Shown piece after piece: positions 26,526 to 30,000 of a stretch of DNA of 30,000 bases. The DNA is from an uncultured Azonexus sp. (GTDB lineage: Bacteria; Pseudomonadota; Gammaproteobacteria; Burkholderiales; Rhodocyclaceae): assembly GCF_937982035.1 (NCBI RefSeq), contig NZ_CALJNI010000015.1:1-30000 (forward strand), in the 5' to 3' direction. Below the pieces are notes generated by a model. The model was not told the origin of the DNA, did not search any database, and was given only the letters and a program-made list of their open reading frames with translations. How positions within the stretch are numbered: the stretch's first letter is position 1; every line of letters starts with the position of its first letter. Position numbers and translations under genes: made by a program.

Positions 26526-29521
26526 CGTTTGGCACGCTCCTCAAGCAAGGCTCCGTGCGCCCACAGGATATCGGAGGCCAGCAGTCTGGTCTGGGTGTGG
26601 GTCCAGTAGCGTCGCTGATCGAGCAGGCCGATGACAATCAGCGGCTGATGAGCGTCAACGACGGTGATACGGCTGACGGCAAGGTCGTCGGCATGCTTGA
26701 TCCATGTGGGTGGCAAAGCCTCTGGCAGCGTGCATTGCCCGAGGCAGACAGCGATGAATTTCCAGGGAAGTCGGCTATCGCCCGCAAGTTGCTGGACATG
26801 GACCTGATATCCACTTGCAGCCAACACGCTGGATAGCTCCTCGGCCAGACGAGCGCGGAATTGCTCGGCGCAGTGCTGACTTACCGGGCTGGAAGCGAAC
26901 TGTTTGATTGCAGGGAAAGGCGAACGCGTCGCGAGCGTGTCTCCGATGGTTTCCCGATCGTAATGGCCGAGACCATAGATCGCAGCAACCGTCTGATCCA
27001 GTTCAGCCCAATCGGGTTGGCGATCAAGCAGGGCGACCGCGCAGCGATCGATTTGCTCGCGGCAGCTTGCGTTGAAGCATTCCGGCGCGACAAACGGGAA
27101 ACTCTCGATATCGCGCAATTGTAAGGATTCACGCTCAACGCCAAATTTGGCGCTGGTCATTAGCGCCCAATATTCGAATAGCTGGCTGTGCATCAGCACA
27201 AGCAGGTACTTGGCCAGGAATTCGCCATCAGGGTGATTGGCGGCGGAGAAACCGTAATACGATTCCGAATAGGCGATGTTCGAAAGGCTGAGCAGTGCGC
27301 GACCTTGATTGCGGTCTGATTTGTATCCTTCGCGGACCAAAACTAATGGTGCCCGATAGATTTCCGGGCTCCGTGGCCATTGCAAGCCGCCAGGCTGGTA
27401 GGGCGTCAGCGTATCAGTCTGGACCACAAAAGGATGCCTCTCATAGCGGGCACCCAGCGTCGGGTAACCCTCAAGAAACGAGTCATCATCTGTTCGCTTG
27501 GCGACTTGATACCCCTGCCCACGTAGCAATCCGTGCTCGTGATTCCAGTATTCACCGAGGGAAGTCTTTGCCCGTTCGTGAATGCGCTGAACAATAGCGG
27601 CATCAAGCACGGAACCCCGATACAAGGTCTTGATCAGCGCCGCTTGTTTGGTAACCAGATCAAGTGCGATCGGCACAGCATCACTGGCATCAATCCGCAT
27701 GCGTCCTTTTTCGCTGAGTCCGGGTTGATCGTCGGGGCTGACCAGAACGAACTGATCTCCAGCCTGAGGCACTTGATTGTCCGCAAACAGCAGACAGAAA
27801 GGCTGATCGACATTGGGCCAAACCCGGGTCTGACGAACGGATGCGCCATTCAGAATACCGGTGATGGACAAAGCCCGGAAAATCGCGCTACGGGCAGAAA
27901 ATCCGGCTGGCGACATCTTGAACAGCCAACGCCCCGCCAAGGCCAGTGCGATACGTCCACCCGGCCTTGCCCAATCCATGGCCCCCCATATGAAGGGCAG
28001 GTCGGTCACCTGATCCGGATTTTTATAGGTACGGTAGAGATCGAGCAGACCCCGTTGTGCGGCGATGGCACGGCAGCGTTTTGTAAACGTCCGGTCTATC
28101 GCGGCATAGGCGGGCTTGAGGCTGGTCCAAGGTGGATTGCCGATGACCAGATCGAAGGCTGAACGATATTGCGCCGACACATGATCGCCCATGCTACCGG
28201 CCATGGGGCGGATAGAGCACGGATCGGCATCAGGATCGGCAACGTCAATCAAGACCTTGCCCTCCAGTTTGCTGAAAGTCAGTTCTTCGACCGGGGCTGG
28301 GTCGGGGTCGAGCTCCAGCGCGGTGAGATACAAGGCCAAGGCGGCAAGCATGCGCGCGTGGGCATTGATGTCAAAGCCGACCAATTGCTCATTCAATATG
28401 TGCCGCAAGGCAGCGCGTTCAGGGCGTCGCCCAGTTTCCGCAAAATACAGTTCTGCGAGCTTGCGGAAGCTCGCAACCAGAAAGACACCCGCGCCGCATG
28501 CCGGGTCGAGCACCCTTGCCGCCGCACCGGCCGGATGCCGATGGAAAGCTTCGTCAACCATGTATTCGGCAATATGCGCCGGGGTGTAATAGACGCTGGT
28601 ATCGTGCCGAGTCTCTGCATCGAAGCGGCACATCAACTCTTCGTAAGTTTCGCTCAGGAGACCGATTGGCAGATGGTCAAAATCCAGGTCTCCCCAGTTC
28701 AGCGACCGTTGTGAAGCACCGGGAGCGCGCGGCATGTCCAGACCGAGGATGGCCTCAAGGGGACGACTGAGGCCTTGCCCAAGCTGCAGAAAAAGATAGC
28801 GAAAATATTCCCGGTAATTCTGCGTGGGCAGTTTCAGCAGGTCGCCATTGAAGGTCTGGTCCAGCCAGGCGTTGGTTTCAACCAGGCAATCTTCACTGGC
28901 GAAACACATCTCCAGTGATTGCGCACTGGGTGAAATGGCGCTCAGATGATGTTGCTTGATAATCCCGCGCCCTATCAGGTAGCGGAAAAACAGGGCTCGT
29001 CCGGTCAACGCGATGCTTTCGCTGGTCGACATGCCCATCTCTTTCAATTCCTGACTGGCGTCCGTCATCAGCCCGAAGAGCACGCTACGCAGCAGCAGTT
29101 CAGACGGCTGGGCCAGATTTTCACCGTAAGCGAGCCTGGCGAGGACACCGAGGGCATCGGCTTGGTCGGCGAAAAAGGAGACAGGCTTGGAATCCGGTAC
29201 GGGACGGAGATCCGTTGCGTAGATATCCAGGCGACCGAGGCGCAGCACGCCAAGCCAAGCGGGGTCGCCACGCATGGCCAACTTGCGGCGTAGCTCGGCG
29301 ATATAACGAGCGCTGTCGGCCAAGCCGCTCAGTCGTGCCACATCAACGACATAGAGCAGCGCTTGCGCTTTGTTTTCTATAACCGTGTCGACCATGGGAG
29401 ATGAGCCACCGCGAATGAGGTCGACATAACGCAGCAGACGAGGATCGTCCTGGCGGTGCAGTTCGACACAATCAACCGGACGTGCGCCGAAGTCTCCGAG
29501 TCGGTCGAGGGTTGTTCTCAT
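26522..29521 (-). CDS. Large gamma-class N6-adenine DNA methyltransferase with helical N-terminal region and specificity-domain-like C-terminus (MmeI/Eco57I/PglX-like architecture)
   Basis: 999-aa ORF. Motif X is YYTPAHIAEYMVDEA (aa 311-325). Motif I is RVLDPACGAGVFLV (aa 336-349, nt 28475-28513). It also has GFDINAHARMLAALAL. Motif IV is DLVIGNPPW (NPPW at nt 28127-28138). Upstream, TGRALFFRYLIGRGII resembles the helical-spacer motif of MmeI/PglX-type enzymes. Downstream, YLLVLMHSQLFEYWALMTSAK..LRDIESFPF resembles the conserved TRD motif (LNS..f.f....l..lPiP) of type IIG/HsdS specificity domains. All calls are by eye. Confidence 0.75.
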   Translation of the reverse strand: MRTTLDRLGDFGARPVDCVELHRQDDPRLLRYVDLIRGGSSPMVDTVIENKAQALLYVVDVARLSGLADSARYIAELRRKLAMRGDPAWLGVLRLGRLDIYATDLRPVPDSKPVSFFADQADALGVLARLAYGENLAQPSELLLRSVLFGLMTDASQELKEMGMSTSESIALTGRALFFRYLIGRGIIKQHHLSAISPSAQSLEMCFASEDCLVETNAWLDQTFNGDLLKLPTQNYREYFRYLFLQLGQGLSRPLEAILGLDMPRAPGASQRSLNWGDLDFDHLPIGLLSETYEELMCRFDAETRHDTSVYYTPAHIAEYMVDEAFHRHPAGAAARVLDPACGAGVFLVASFRKLAELYFAETGRRPERAALRHILNEQLVGFDINAHARMLAALALYLTALELDPDPAPVEELTFSKLEGKVLIDVADPDADPCSIRPMAGSMGDHVSAQYRSAFDLVIGNPPWTSLKPAYAAIDRTFTKRCRAIAAQRGLLDLYRTYKNPDQVTDLPFIWGAMDWARPGGRIALALAGRWLFKMSPAGFSARSAIFRALSITGILNGASVRQTRVWPNVDQPFCLLFADNQVPQAGDQFVLVSPDDQPGLSEKGRMRIDASDAVPIALDLVTKQAALIKTLYRGSVLDAAIVQRIHERAKTSLGEYWNHEHGLLRGQGYQVAKRTDDDSFLEGYPTLGARYERHPFVVQTDTLTPYQPGGLQWPRSPEIYRAPLVLVREGYKSDRNQGRALLSLSNIAYSESYYGFSAANHPDGEFLAKYLLVLMHSQLFEYWALMTSAKFGVERESLQLRDIESFPFVAPECFNASCREQIDRCAVALLDRQPDWAELDQTVAAIYGLGHYDRETIGDTLATRSPFPAIKQFASSPVSQHCAEQFRARLAEELSSVLAASGYQVHVQQLAGDSRLPWKFIAVCLGQCTLPEALPPTWIKHADDLAVSRITVVDAHQPLIVIGLLDQRRYWTHTQTRLLASDILWAHGALLEERAKR

Positions 29522-29973
29522 CTAGCTTGGACAAGCACATCAGCAACCAGCGGCAATTCGCGCTGGGGCGGAGCGATACCGAGGTATACATTGATACGGT
29601 TACGCTCTTCCGCCATATCCAGAACCCAACCAGGTTCGCAAATCGGCGCGGCATCAATTCTGCGCGTCATTCCGTCCTCAAGGCGAATGAAAACCCATTC
29701 CTCAACACTTACAGCCTTTGGCTCAGACAGGTAACGATGAATACCGCCGGATAATCGCCCCAGCAATCGGCTCTTGACGCAAAAGCGATCTTCCAGCGTT
29801 TGCAGGACAGCCATGGCGAGCAAGTCGGCAATGTCGAAGCGACGCGCGCTCCGCTCCGTAGTTTCAATCAGGGAAAAAGGAGGCAACTGAGTCCACGCAT
29901 GGGCGCGCGATCGGCATAGACCACCCAGAGCGCTACACACATCCTTGACGGTAAAGGAAAGGGACCGAGCCAT
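29518..29973 (-). CDS. Small protein with a possible N-terminal MerR/excisionase-like helix-turn-helix (candidate regulator of the cassette)
   Basis: 151-aa ORF and the first gene of the cassette. Its stop overlaps the methyltransferase ATG (ATGA at 29518-29521). The N-terminus FTVKDVCSALGGLCRSRAHAWTQ followed by RRFDIADLLAMAVLQTLE resembles the hT.ke.a..lG.s..t...W pattern of HTH_17/MerR-type domains. The resemblance is weak and by eye only. An AT-rich sequence (29974-30000) lies upstream. Confidence 0.4.
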   Translation of the reverse strand: MARSLSFTVKDVCSALGGLCRSRAHAWTQLPPFSLIETTERSARRFDIADLLAMAVLQTLEDRFCVKSRLLGRLSGGIHRYLSEPKAVSVEEWVFIRLEDGMTRRIDAAPICEPGWVLDMAEERNRINVYLGIAPPQRELPLVADVLVQAR

Positions 29974-30000
29974 ATCTGCCTAAAATTCCATTCAAATCTG

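Noticed and set aside
25883-29754. Short plus-strand ORFs inside the cassette (for example 26313..26609, 26363..26836, 27533..28162, 28169..28714, 28946..29293)
   Set aside because: All are nested antisense within the three long, overlap-coupled minus-strand genes. They have no RBS or recognisable motifs.

Overview
High-GC chromosomal window, probably from a betaproteobacterium. This guess rests on gene content: an E3 with an N-terminal lipoyl domain, iorAB, and an OmpA with the CWR..YWTP motif. About 25.7 kb is ordinary core genome. It carries a partial OmpA-family gene, a polytopic 'site-specific recombinase'-family membrane protein coupled to tamA-tamB, a CPA2 cation/proton antiporter with an apparent 5' frameshift, a propionate/acetate CoA-transferase, a CBS-pair protein, a DUF2062-like membrane protein and tRNA-Ala(CGC). 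It also carries a tightly overlapping folD-purE-purK-tsaC(sua5) string, iorBA (indolepyruvate:ferredoxin oxidoreductase), and divergently aceE-aceF-lpdA (pyruvate dehydrogenase complex, three near-identical lipoyl modules). Just past the lpdA terminator (about 25.75 kb) base composition drops visibly. My spot counts of single 60-nt lines gave 48-57% GC in this region against 67-72% in the core. The last 4.3 kb holds a three-gene minus-strand cassette joined by ATGA start/stop overlaps. The genes are a 151-aa putative HTH protein, a 999-aa MmeI/PglX-like gamma-class N6-adenine methyltransferase with a specificity-domain-like C-terminus (motif I VLDPACGAG, motif IV NPPW), and a 271-aa protein with a textbook PD...ExK nuclease signature. 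This is the best candidate for an accessory or defence system and may be unclassified. Its upstream flank leaves the window at 30000. No CRISPR array, IS element, integrase or rRNA was seen. Many very long opposite-strand ORFs in the track are GC-driven shadow ORFs and were rejected.
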